Of a stretch of DNA of 64,000 nucleotides, positions 10,548-20,046 are shown piece by piece. A model generated the notes under the pieces. It saw only the letters and a list, made by a program, of their open reading frames with translations. It was not told the origin of the DNA and made no database searches. The stretch is from an uncultured Thermoplasmata archaeon. Its GTDB lineage: Archaea > Thermoplasmatota > Thermoplasmata > UBA10834. The DNA lies in NCBI GenBank assembly GCA_963787465.1, contig CAWBDD010000018.1, forward strand, positions 29,612 to 93,611, given 5' to 3'. The position numbers and the translations under genes were made by a program. The stretch's first letter is position 1, and the number at the start of each line of letters is the position of its first letter.

Positions 10548-10916
10548 TCAGCCGGCGGGGCTCTGTTCGGGTATGACGATGCCGGGTGGCACTTCATCGC
10601 CGTTGTCCTCTCCGGGCAGGGTGTCGTACCTCACGACGAACCTCCCGTTCATGAACCTGATAGATGCGGACCTCAGCCTGCACCTGTACAGCCTGACCTT
10701 GCGGCCCTTGTAGACCTCCTTCTCCTTGTCGACGCTCAGGAGCCCTACGGATTCGAGCTCGTGGATCCGCCTGTAACAGGCCGCTATGGGTATCTGGCAG
10801 ATCTTCGAGAGCCTCTGGGCGGACATCGGGGCGGAGTACGTGCTGACGAGTATCTTCTGCGAGTAGTCGTCGGCCAGCAGCTTCGAGACCTCTTTGGTCC
10901 TCTGCTCGGGGGTCAT
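10548..10916 (-). CDS. Winged-helix transcriptional regulator (paralog of 5823..6212)
   Basis: DDYSQKIL...IPIAACYRRIHELESVGLL. Confidence 0.8.
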   Translation of the reverse strand: MTPEQRTKEVSKLLADDYSQKILVSTYSAPMSAQRLSKICQIPIAACYRRIHELESVGLLSVDKEKEVYKGRKVRLYRCRLRSASIRFMNGRFVVRYDTLPGEDNGDEVPPGIVIPEQSPAG

Positions 10917-11001
10917 TCCGATCGATTTGATTGAGGGGGTTGACCGTTTAAGCAGGTTCGCGTCAGGTTATCAGCGTTGATAACTCCTGGCATCCCCGGC
11001 C

Positions 11002-11649
11002 TCACTGCCAGGCATCCGACGGGATCGAGATGTGGTTCTTGGGGTAGGCGAAGACCGAGAACGGGATCGTCACGGTGAAAAGAGTCAGTGGCCATATCGC
11101 GCCATAGGCGAGCGGCTCGAGGAACTCGATCCGGTCATAGGACGTCCAGCAGTAGATGTCGATGACCACGAGTAGTATGACCATCGTCAACTTCCAGTAT
11201 ATGGCGATCGCCCGAGGTTCCCTCGTCAGGAACGCCAAGAAGGTGACGCCCATCGCGATGGTCGCGGAGGCGAAATACCCCACGACCACGGGGAGCCCTT
11301 CGGTCCTGGAGCTGGTATCGACGCTCTCCATCTCGGAGGGGACGTAGACCAGCATAAGGGCAAGGACGATGACGCATGCAGAGAGGACAGCCGCCTTCTT
11401 CAGCACGCCGACCGCCCCCGGATATCTCATCACCACGATCGCGATGACCGCGGTCGAAACCAGGAGGACCAGGGAGGCCGCGGCTGGATAGAATGCCAGA
11501 GCGGCGACGTTCAGCACACCCACGAGCAGGACGAGCGCCCACCGGGCCTCACGGGAGGTGACCAGGACGGACGGTCTCCTGACCTTCCTCCGGATCGGGG
11601 TCGCCCGCATCCACTCAGGGATAGCACCCTGAGACGCATCACTGCTCAT
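11002..11649 (-). CDS. Hypothetical multi-pass membrane protein
   Basis: About six hydrophobic segments. Confidence 0.65.
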   Translation of the reverse strand: MSSDASQGAIPEWMRATPIRRKVRRPSVLVTSREARWALVLLVGVLNVAALAFYPAAASLVLLVSTAVIAIVVMRYPGAVGVLKKAAVLSACVIVLALMLVYVPSEMESVDTSSRTEGLPVVVGYFASATIAMGVTFLAFLTREPRAIAIYWKLTMVILLVVIDIYCWTSYDRIEFLEPLAYGAIWPLTLFTVTIPFSVFAYPKNHISIPSDAWQ

Positions 11650-11769
11650 CGCACCACGAGAGACAGAAGCGCTGGAGGCGTTATCTAACTTGTCCTGGCA
11701 TGCCCGTCACACCTGAACGCGAAAGGATTATCTCCCAAGGACCTATCTCCACCTGGGGAAGGGCATCCG

Positions 11770-13107
11770 ATGCCAGTCTGTCCTATAGATTTCAGGTACG
11801 GTCGCCCGGAGATGAAGGCGATATTCGACGAGGAGACGAGGCTCCAGAAGCTCCTCGATGTAGAGGCGGCTCTCGCCCAGGCACATGCCAAGGTCGGGAA
11901 CATCAAGCAGGACCACGCTGACATCATCAAGAAGACCGCCTCGACGCGCTATGTCAAGCCAGAGAGGGTCCAGGAGATCGAGAGCAAGATCAACCACGAC
12001 GTGACAGCAGTCGTACGCGCCTTCAGCGAGCAGTGCGGCGAGAGCGGGAAGTATGTCCACGTCGGTGCGACCTCCAACGACATAACCGATACCGCCCACG
12101 CGCTCCAGATGAAGGAGGCAGTCCGCATCATAGACGCCGACCTCGGCGCCTTCAAGAAGACCCTGGCCGCCCGGGCCGCGGAGCACAGGGACACGATCAT
12201 GGTCGGCAGGACGCACGGCCAGTACGCCCTGCCTATCACATTCGGGCTCAAGGTCGCGAACTACGCCCTGGAGATGCACAGGCACCAGCAGCGGCTGAGA
12301 GAGTGCGCCCCGAGGGTCCTCGTCGGGAAGATGAGCGGGGCCGTAGGTACGGGAGCCGGATTCGGGGCAAAGGCATCCGAGATCCAGGCGGCGACCATGG
12401 AAGTCCTGGGTCTAGGCATCGAGGAGGGGCCGACCCAGATCGTCGCCCGCGACAGGTACGTCGAGCTCATGTCGGTCCTCGCCAACATCGCGACCTCCCT
12501 CGAGAAGTTCGCGACGGAGGTCAGGAACCTGCAGAGGGGCGAGATCGGAGAGGTCTCCGAGCCGTTCGACGACGTGTCCCAGGTCGGGAGCTCGACTATG
12601 GCTCACAAGAGGAACCCCGTCACTGCCGAGAACGTCTGCGGACTGTCGAGGATCGTCCGCGGCTTCATGTCCCCGGCCTATGAGAGCGCCATCCTGTGGC
12701 ACGAGAGGGACCTGACCAACTCATCCGCCGAGCGGTTCTTCATCCCGCACTCGTTCATACTCGTCGACGACATGCTCGTGAAGATGGACGGCGTCTTCGC
12801 CGGACTGGTCGTCAACAAGGCCCGCATGGAGGAGAACCTCTCGCGCGCCGGGAGCGTCATCATGGCCGAGTCAGTGATGCTGACCCTCGTGAGCAAGGGC
12901 ATGGGCCGGCAAGATGCCCATGAGCTCATCCGGAAGACCAGCATGGAGGCGCAGAAGGCCGGAGCTGACTTCAAGCTACACCTGGCCGCGAACAAGGCGG
13001 TGGCCACCCTCATGTCCGAGAAGGAGATCGGGGCCGCGCTGGACCCGAGGTCCTATCTGGGCACATCCAAGGCCACCGTCGACCGCATCCTCAAGACGGT
13101 CGCATGA
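11770..13107 (+). CDS. purB: Adenylosuccinate lyase
   Basis: HVGATSNDI, GRTHGQ and GSSTMAHKRNP signature. Confidence 0.97.
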   Translation: MPVCPIDFRYGRPEMKAIFDEETRLQKLLDVEAALAQAHAKVGNIKQDHADIIKKTASTRYVKPERVQEIESKINHDVTAVVRAFSEQCGESGKYVHVGATSNDITDTAHALQMKEAVRIIDADLGAFKKTLAARAAEHRDTIMVGRTHGQYALPITFGLKVANYALEMHRHQQRLRECAPRVLVGKMSGAVGTGAGFGAKASEIQAATMEVLGLGIEEGPTQIVARDRYVELMSVLANIATSLEKFATEVRNLQRGEIGEVSEPFDDVSQVGSSTMAHKRNPVTAENVCGLSRIVRGFMSPAYESAILWHERDLTNSSAERFFIPHSFILVDDMLVKMDGVFAGLVVNKARMEENLSRAGSVIMAESVMLTLVSKGMGRQDAHELIRKTSMEAQKAGADFKLHLAANKAVATLMSEKEIGAALDPRSYLGTSKATVDRILKTVA

Positions 13108-13195
13108 CGACGGACCCGTCGCCAGACAGGATCAGAGCGAGGAGAGTCCTGAGGAAAGATAGAAATACCATGGCCATTCTCACGAGGAACCACAC

Positions 13196-13267
13196 GGGCC
13201 GTTAGATCAGCGGAAGATCGCTTGCTTCGCAAGCAAGAGGCCGTGGGTTCAAATCCCACACGGTCCA
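13196..13267 (+). tRNA. tRNA-Ala(CGC)
   Basis: Acceptor GGGCCGT/ACGGTCC with G3-U70; anticodon arm CTTGC-TTCGCAA-GCAAG; T-loop GTTCAAATC. Confidence 0.95.
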
Positions 13268-13629
13268 CTCGCCACCTTTCTTCGTCGACCGCATCTCGTA
13301 CCACTGCCCCTCGCGCTTCCTGAGAAGACGACATCCTGCATGAAGAACCGCATATGGAATCGTCACGCCATCTCGAATGATATCCTGGCTATCCGTCCGA
13401 GGCATGACCCCAGGCGCGGCAAGCCTAGACAGATTCTTGTAGGGATGTGGACATTGACCGTGTCAGGAGTGGAAATGGCGTGATTAGAGAGGATACCAGG
13501 GACATACCGGCACTCTTCACGGCGTTGGCAATGGTCTTAGGGGAATCGTTCTGCGTGAACATGCACCCTTCCTGGACCATCCAGACAGGAGAATAGTGCA
13601 CGAGAACAGACCGAGATTGGAGGAATCAC

Positions 13630-14562
13630 ATGTCATCGGACGAAGGCCTTTCGAAGGGACAAGCACCGGGGAACCGGGTTGGTCCCGCCGTCAAGATGAT
13701 GGCGGTCGCAGTCGCAGCAGTCGTGATCTCAGCGGTCCTTTTCATCTACCTCAGCCCGGACTACTCCTGGGACTCGTCAGTCAGAGACACAGACGGAGAC
13801 GGGTATGCCGACGCAAATGATGCGTTCCCTGACGAACCGACAGAATGGTTCGACAGCGATGATGATGGGACCGGCGACAACTCGGACGAATTCCACGACG
13901 ATGCGTCAGAACAGACCGACACCGATGACGACGGAGTAGGCGACAACAGTGACGAATTCCCAGAGGATCCCGAGGAGTCCACTGACTCGGACGACGATGG
14001 GGTAGGGGACAACGAGGACGAGTTCCCAGACGACCCGGAGGAGACCGACGACACTGACAACGACGGGGTGGGAGACAACACCGACGAGTTCCCGGATGAC
14101 CCAGAGGAATGGGTCGACAGCGATGGAGACGGCGTCGGTGACAACTCCGATGACTACCCAGACGACCCGACGCAATGGGAGGCGGAGACTCCGACGGCAG
14201 CGATTGTGAGGACGACAATCGCCAACGGTGTCAGGATCACGATCGTGACGATAGAGCCGCAGGTCTCATGGACGCTGATCACCATTACCCTCACAGACGG
14301 CACTGATACTGCCACCTGGACGGAAATCGACGCGGGAGAGCTCGACGACGGAGTGGCCGCCATCTCAGACTGTGGGGCGCAGTCCCTGGGTTCGACCGAA
14401 GTGAATCTGACCGTATTCGATATAATGGGAGATGGCGAGATTGGCTATGCCGACTTCTTCAATCTTGTCGCCATCTCCTTCTTCGCCGGCACGACCTACA
14501 CGGTCCAGATAGTCTATGAACTCACGGGTGAACCGATAGCGACAGGGTACTTCACTGGATAG
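13630..14562 (+). CDS. Membrane-anchored thrombospondin type-3 (Ca-binding) repeat protein
   Basis: N-terminal TM segment; six ~22-aa DxDxDGVGDNxDxFPxDPxE repeats. Confidence 0.85.
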   Translation: MSSDEGLSKGQAPGNRVGPAVKMMAVAVAAVVISAVLFIYLSPDYSWDSSVRDTDGDGYADANDAFPDEPTEWFDSDDDGTGDNSDEFHDDASEQTDTDDDGVGDNSDEFPEDPEESTDSDDDGVGDNEDEFPDDPEETDDTDNDGVGDNTDEFPDDPEEWVDSDGDGVGDNSDDYPDDPTQWEAETPTAAIVRTTIANGVRITIVTIEPQVSWTLITITLTDGTDTATWTEIDAGELDDGVAAISDCGAQSLGSTEVNLTVFDIMGDGEIGYADFFNLVAISFFAGTTYTVQIVYELTGEPIATGYFTG

Positions 14563-14619
14563 GGCACCGGCATCCCGCACTCGAAAATGACTTAACCGAC
14601 CTCGCGCAATCCCCGTGCG

Positions 14620-14907
14620 GTGAGTCTACTGGTCCGTTTCGACAATGGCCCCTTCGACGGCAAGCTCCGCAGGTTCGTGACGAGCTTGGTCCTCCCGGTC
14701 TCAAAGGACAGGACGGGCGAGTGCAGCCGATGTGGCGCATGCTGCAGGTTTCTGGTCGCCTGCCCCTTCCTCAAGACCATTGACAACCCGCCAGGGTTCC
14801 GCTGCACGGCGTACATCATACGACCCCCTCAATGTAGGAAGTACCCCCGGTCGAAGAAGGAGCAGGTCCACCAGCCTTGCGGCTACTCGTTCAAGGACCA
14901 CAGGTAG
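14620..14907 (+). CDS. Cys-rich CxxCxxCC (YkgJ-like) Fe-S/Zn protein
   Basis: CSRCGACC...CPFL...CTAYIIRPPQCRKYP; start uncertain. Confidence 0.75.
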   Translation: MSLLVRFDNGPFDGKLRRFVTSLVLPVSKDRTGECSRCGACCRFLVACPFLKTIDNPPGFRCTAYIIRPPQCRKYPRSKKEQVHQPCGYSFKDHR

Positions 14908-14930
14908 GTGACAGTCCCCAGGACCTGTGC

Positions 14931-15673
14931 CTACCTCATGACCCCGAACCTGTCCCGCGACGCGATGATCCCGTCTATGAGGTCAGCTGGTTCTATGACC
15001 AGTCCGTACCGTCCGTAGTACTTCTGCAGCGCCGACAGCCCCCTCTCGAGGTACATCCTGGCTTCCGTGAGATGCATCCACGGGTTGTCGCCTGTCCTAT
15101 CCACCCTCAGCCCCTGCGAGAGGTCGATGAACCATGGCTCCCCCCTGTGGATCAGTATGTTGTAGGCGCTGAGGTCGCTGTGGACGACTCCCGCTTCGGC
15201 AAGGGCGATGACCCCCGCGAGCACATCCTTGAGGGAGCCCTCGGGGTCCTCGAGCCTGACGTCGTTCAAGCCTAGGCGCGGGCCCGTCCTCGTCGCCGAT
15301 GAAGCGCATGCTGAACATGTTCTCCACCCTGCGCGCCGGGGCCGGGACTCTGGCACCCTCCCTTGAAGGCCTGGCGGGTGAGCTCGTACTCCCTAGCCGC
15401 CAGCCATCCCATGGAGTCGGCCTTGACCGGGCCTCCCCCCTTGTGGGAGGTCCTGAACATGCGGTACACCTTGACGGCGATCGGGGCGCCATTGTACAGG
15501 CCGAGGTAGACATCCGCTTCCTTGCCTGCGCTGATCAGGCTCACTATGTCTGTCGCGAGACCCGACGATAGTATGGCTTCGGTCGTCGACCGATAGCCGC
15601 GCTCGCTTGTCTCGAGCATCCCGTGCTTGATCTTCCACGCGACGCTCGAGTCCAGATATGGATCGTTCGGCAT
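14931..15673 (-). CDS. RIO-family Ser/Thr kinase (apparent frameshifts)
   Basis: SAGKEADVY, AVKVYR, VHSDLSAYNIL and FIDLSQ motifs split across overlapping frames. Confidence 0.85.
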
Positions 15674-15885
15674 TCCAGTGCTCTTGTGTGTGATTGGGCG
15701 TTCAGAAAGCTGGCACACTGGCACGCGGGAACCGGCGGAATCCTCACAAGGCTCCCGGTGCGTCGACTAGAACCATCTCGGACATCATAACCGGGAACCT
15801 CCTGGTCTCAAGACCAAATCCTGCAACGGCCGGACGATACATTAAGCTTGCGCTCTGGCCGACCTTCGTCCGAAGGTCGGACCGG

Positions 15886-17820
15886 TCACTTGAACCTCAG
15901 ACCCTTCGAACGGCTCTTGAGCAGGACGACCGCGACTGCGACCCCCGCTGCTGCAATCCCTCCGACCGCGATGTACACGATCGGATCCATGCCGCCGGAG
16001 ACTGGCTCCAGGTCGAACCAGAGCGGGTTGGCACTCCAGAAGTTGTCTATGCTCCTTCCTGGCTCCGCCGCCCAGTCGCCCCAGCCCGTGAACATATCGG
16101 TGCGCCAGACGTAGGTCTGGTACGGATATGCGAGTATGATGTACGCCGCGTCCTTGTAGTGGATCCTCTGGCACTCATCCACGTACGCCTCGCGGGCCGA
16201 GGGGTCCATCGAAGCCACAGAGGACGAATAGTTCGAATCGTACGACTCGTTGGAGTACTTGTTGTCAGACCACCCGTTCCACGCCTTGCTCGACTGGCAG
16301 AACAGCATGTAGTTCGGGTCGACATCCGCGCTCCAGTACCAGATCATCAGGTCGTAGGCGTACCCGTAGACCACCACCCCGAGGTCCGCCTCGTCGAGGA
16401 CCCTGTAGTCGATCGACACGCCTATCTCTCGCCACTGGATCTGCAGGTACATCGCGATCTCCCTCTCCTCAGGGGAGCTCGACCTCACGAGCATCTCGAA
16501 GTCCAGGGGTGTCCCCTCCGATACCCAGCCCGCCTCGACGGCGAGGCTCTCGTTCGTCGCGACGCGGACGAGCGGGCTGTCGTTCGTGTACCTGTATCCT
16601 GCCTCTTCAAGGATGTCCGCGGCGATCGTGAGGCTGAACGGGTACTTCTCCGCGCCTGTGGGTTCGTAGTGCCAATCCTCGTTCACGGGCGAGATGAGGG
16701 TGGTCCCCTCCTCCGCGTATCCCCCGTAGAACAGTTCCACGATCGATGACTTGTCCGTGGCCGTGGCGAGGGCGCGCCGGACCGCCGGGTCCAAGCGTGA
16801 AGGGTTCGGCCCTCCAGAGCCCATGTTTATCCCGACCTCGGTGAAGTACTGTGTGCATCTCAATCCGTCGAACGCGACGGCGTCGGGTATATCCCCGGAC
16901 TGTATGTCCGCCAAGAGGGAGTCATACTCCTCGGAGGGGAGCTGCGCCACATCCAATTCCCCGTGTTCGATTGCGCTGGACATCGTGTCCGAATCGGAGA
17001 AGAAATGCAGCTCGATCCTGTCGAACTTCACCTCCTTGCCGTGGTCCGCGAGCCAGTGATAGTCGGGGTTCCTCAGGAGCGTGATCGTCCCACCGCTCTC
17101 CCACTGCTGGTATATGTCGGCGGTCGCCATGAACGGGCCCGTCCCGACGATCGGCCGCTCGGCATCCTCGAACACGCCGTTCCACACGAAGGCGAGCTCG
17201 GACACCCCCATGTCCTCGATCCAGTGCCGCGGCAGCATGGGGATCCCGAGCATCCCGCCATAGGCAGCTGGCTGGGGCTCTCCCGTGACCCTGTCGAAGT
17301 AATGGACGCGCGCGGTGAAGTCGTCGACTCTCTCCGCATAGGACATGTAATAGGAGTACGGCTGGTTCGCCCACATCGAATCGTAGTTCTCGGCGTTGAG
17401 GTTCATGTAGAACACGAAATCGTCGACCGTGAACGGCTCTCCGTCGTGCCATTTCGCGTTCGGGGTGATCTCGTATTCCCAGACGGACCCGAACGGCTCC
17501 CCGGAGAGGACCAGCTGCGGGTCCGTCCCTGGGACCGCATCCGCCTCCTGGACGAGATTACCTACCGTGTTGAAGTTGCCGTCGATGCATTGGGGGTTAT
17601 CGTAAACGAGGCCGTAGAAGACCCAGGAGGCGTCAGAGACCCCTATCAGAGGGTTGAGGCTGTCGATCCCCTGCAGGAACCCTATCCTCAGCACAGACCC
17701 CCCGTCGTCCTCCGCGCCTGCCGAAGTGAAGGAGGCCGCCATCGGAGCGAACACGACCGCCAGCAGTCCCAGCACCACCCCCAACGGCCTGCCCGCGAGC
17801 TTAAGTCCGGATCCGCCCAA
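15886..17820 (-). CDS. dppA: Peptide ABC transporter substrate-binding protein (family 5) with C-terminal TM anchor
   Basis: DSLNPL, WHDGEPFTVDD, GTGPF and RLDPAVRRAL motifs. Confidence 0.9.
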   Translation of the reverse strand: MGGSGLKLAGRPLGVVLGLLAVVFAPMAASFTSAGAEDDGGSVLRIGFLQGIDSLNPLIGVSDASWVFYGLVYDNPQCIDGNFNTVGNLVQEADAVPGTDPQLVLSGEPFGSVWEYEITPNAKWHDGEPFTVDDFVFYMNLNAENYDSMWANQPYSYYMSYAERVDDFTARVHYFDRVTGEPQPAAYGGMLGIPMLPRHWIEDMGVSELAFVWNGVFEDAERPIVGTGPFMATADIYQQWESGGTITLLRNPDYHWLADHGKEVKFDRIELHFFSDSDTMSSAIEHGELDVAQLPSEEYDSLLADIQSGDIPDAVAFDGLRCTQYFTEVGINMGSGGPNPSRLDPAVRRALATATDKSSIVELFYGGYAEEGTTLISPVNEDWHYEPTGAEKYPFSLTIAADILEEAGYRYTNDSPLVRVATNESLAVEAGWVSEGTPLDFEMLVRSSSPEEREIAMYLQIQWREIGVSIDYRVLDEADLGVVVYGYAYDLMIWYWSADVDPNYMLFCQSSKAWNGWSDNKYSNESYDSNYSSSVASMDPSAREAYVDECQRIHYKDAAYIILAYPYQTYVWRTDMFTGWGDWAAEPGRSIDNFWSANPLWFDLEPVSGGMDPIVYIAVGGIAAAGVAVAVVLLKSRSKGLRFK

Positions 17821-17952
17821 TCGAATGCACCTCCTCGCCTGCCCGAGGTCGATGCCCTTGACCCGGGAGGGCGACGCGCTCCGCTACTGGCATCGTACCC
17901 TCCGTATTTTATGATTCCCGGTCTGAGACCCCTCGGATGACGGCGACCCGCG

Positions 17953-18960
17953 TCAGCGCCTCCGAAGCTTCGGGTTGAAGATCTCGTCAAGCGCGTACCC
18001 GACGAATGTGAACCCGAGCACCACGAACACGATGCATAGGCCTGGAACCAGTATCCACAGGTAGAGCTCGTTGATTATCGCATATCCGTCCACGGCGTCC
18101 TGCAGCATATTCCCCCAGGTCACCACCTGGCTCGGGTCCGGTCCCAGCTTGATGAAGCTCAGGGTGCTCTCGGACAGGATCGACAGCGCGACGGTCAGGA
18201 TGCTGTTCGCGAAGACCAGAGGGAACACGTTCGGAAAGACGTGCTTCCTCACGATGTAGTAGTCCCCTGCGCCGATCGCGCGCGCGCGCTCTATGAACGC
18301 GCGCTCCTTGATCGACAGGACCTGTGCCCGGACGATCCTCGCCGTGCTCGACCATCCTGTGATGCCTATGACCACCACGACCTTGGTCACGCTCGGACCG
18401 CCTGGCAGGACCGTGGCGAATACGATCATGAGGACGAGCCACGGGATGACCAGGAACACATCCGTCACCCTCATCAGGACCTCGTCCTTCCATCCGCCCC
18501 AGAAGCCGCTGAGGAGGCCCACCACGGACCCGAGGCCCATCGAGACGACCGTGGCGACCAGCCCGACCTCGAGCGAGACGCGCGTTCCGTATATCGTCCT
18601 TGCGAGTATGTCGTATCCCCTTAAGTCGGTGCCCAGCCAGTGCTCGGACGATGGCGCTATGCCCGCCCCGACCGGCGCCACCTCGTCGAAGGGCCCGTAC
18701 GCGTCCTCCCACCCCCCTATGAGTGAGAAGATGAACATGAGCTGCCCCGCGAAGACAGCCATCACGACGAAGACCATCAGAATCACGAGCCCGAGCATCC
18801 CAACCCAGTTCCCGCGGAATATCTTCCAGGTCTGCCCGGTCTTCCTCCTGAAGAGCATGACCTTCTCGATCGAGGGGTCCGATACGCGAACCGCCTTGAG
18901 GACGGCTGCAAGCTTGCTTGCGCGCTCCGGCAGCGTGTCATTCTTGTCCATCTGTATCAC
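17953..18960 (-). CDS. dppC: Peptide ABC transporter permease (DppC/OppC)
   Basis: HWLGTDLRGYDILARTIYG; EAA-like ERARAIGA; FNPKLRRR. Confidence 0.92.
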   Translation of the reverse strand: MIQMDKNDTLPERASKLAAVLKAVRVSDPSIEKVMLFRRKTGQTWKIFRGNWVGMLGLVILMVFVVMAVFAGQLMFIFSLIGGWEDAYGPFDEVAPVGAGIAPSSEHWLGTDLRGYDILARTIYGTRVSLEVGLVATVVSMGLGSVVGLLSGFWGGWKDEVLMRVTDVFLVIPWLVLMIVFATVLPGGPSVTKVVVVIGITGWSSTARIVRAQVLSIKERAFIERARAIGAGDYYIVRKHVFPNVFPLVFANSILTVALSILSESTLSFIKLGPDPSQVVTWGNMLQDAVDGYAIINELYLWILVPGLCIVFVVLGFTFVGYALDEIFNPKLRRR

Positions 18961-19940
18961 CCCAGCTTGACCCTGGGGTCAAGGTATACCATCAGCACGT
19001 CCGCTGCAAGATTGGCGAATATCACCACAATCGCGATCAGGAAGAACGCGGCCTGCAGGACCGGGAAGTCGAGCTGGTAGGTAGCCTCGACGGTGGCCCA
19101 GCCGATGCCCGGATAGTTGAACACGACCTCCGTCTGGAAGGCCCCTCCGACCACGAACGCCATGTCTATCGCGATCAGCGCCACCATCGGGAGCATGGCA
19201 TTCGGCACCGCATGGTGTCGGAGCACCTGCGTCTCGGTCAGGCCCTTCGCCCGAGCGGTGGTTATGTACTCCTCGGTCATGACGTCGATGAGCGAGCCGC
19301 GCATGATGATCGAGAACGCGGCGATGCTCCCCACAGTCAGGCTGATCATCGGCAGGAAGAGGTGCTTCAGCATGTCCACGATGGAGTCGACTGTGTAGGA
19401 GAAGTCGGTCCCAATCGTCAGGGCGCCCCCTGACGGGAACCACGGGAGCTCTATAGCGAACATCACTATCAGCATCATCCCGAACCAGAATGTCGGCATC
19501 GCATAGAAGAACAGGGAGAAGGCGAGCGAGCTCGTGTCGAACCAGCTCCCTCTCTTCCATGCGGATATCACCCCGATGGACATGCCGATCAGGACCATGA
19601 GGACGGATGAGGTCCCGGTGAGCAGCAGCGTCCACCTGAGATTCTCCAATATGAGGTCGGTGGCCGCAGTGTTCCGATAGATGAACGAATCACCGAAGTC
19701 CAGCGTGAAGACGCTCTTGAGATACTTCACGAACTGCTCTGGCAGCGGGTCCAGCAGCCCGTACTTCTCGATGAGCTGCTCCTTGTACTCCTGGGGTATC
19801 TTCGGGTCGTTCGGGACCATCGTATTGATCGGGTTCCCGGGCATCATCCTGAAGAGAACGAAGTTCAGCATGACGACGAGCATCAGGGTGACGAGCGAGT
19901 TGAGGACCTTTCGCGCGATCAGTTTCGTAGACCGTTTCAT
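18957..19940 (-). CDS. dppB: Peptide ABC transporter permease (DppB/OppB)
   Basis: MPGNP, DFGDSF, EYITTARAKGL, EVVFNYPGIG, LDPRV. Confidence 0.92.
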   Translation of the reverse strand: MKRSTKLIARKVLNSLVTLMLVVMLNFVLFRMMPGNPINTMVPNDPKIPQEYKEQLIEKYGLLDPLPEQFVKYLKSVFTLDFGDSFIYRNTAATDLILENLRWTLLLTGTSSVLMVLIGMSIGVISAWKRGSWFDTSSLAFSLFFYAMPTFWFGMMLIVMFAIELPWFPSGGALTIGTDFSYTVDSIVDMLKHLFLPMISLTVGSIAAFSIIMRGSLIDVMTEEYITTARAKGLTETQVLRHHAVPNAMLPMVALIAIDMAFVVGGAFQTEVVFNYPGIGWATVEATYQLDFPVLQAAFFLIAIVVIFANLAADVLMVYLDPRVKLG

Positions 19941-20046
19941 GGTGGTTCACGTCCCTGCGGCCACTGGCATCTCAGCTAGCAGCGTTCCCGCAGACGATGG
20001 ATACAAATGGGAAGGGGTTTGGGTTCTGTCCCGCGTCGTATCCGCC

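Noticed and set aside
13780..14180. Regularly spaced ~66-bp repeats resembling a CRISPR array
   Set aside because: They are degenerate in-frame TSP3 protein repeats; no identical repeats, unique spacers or cas genes.
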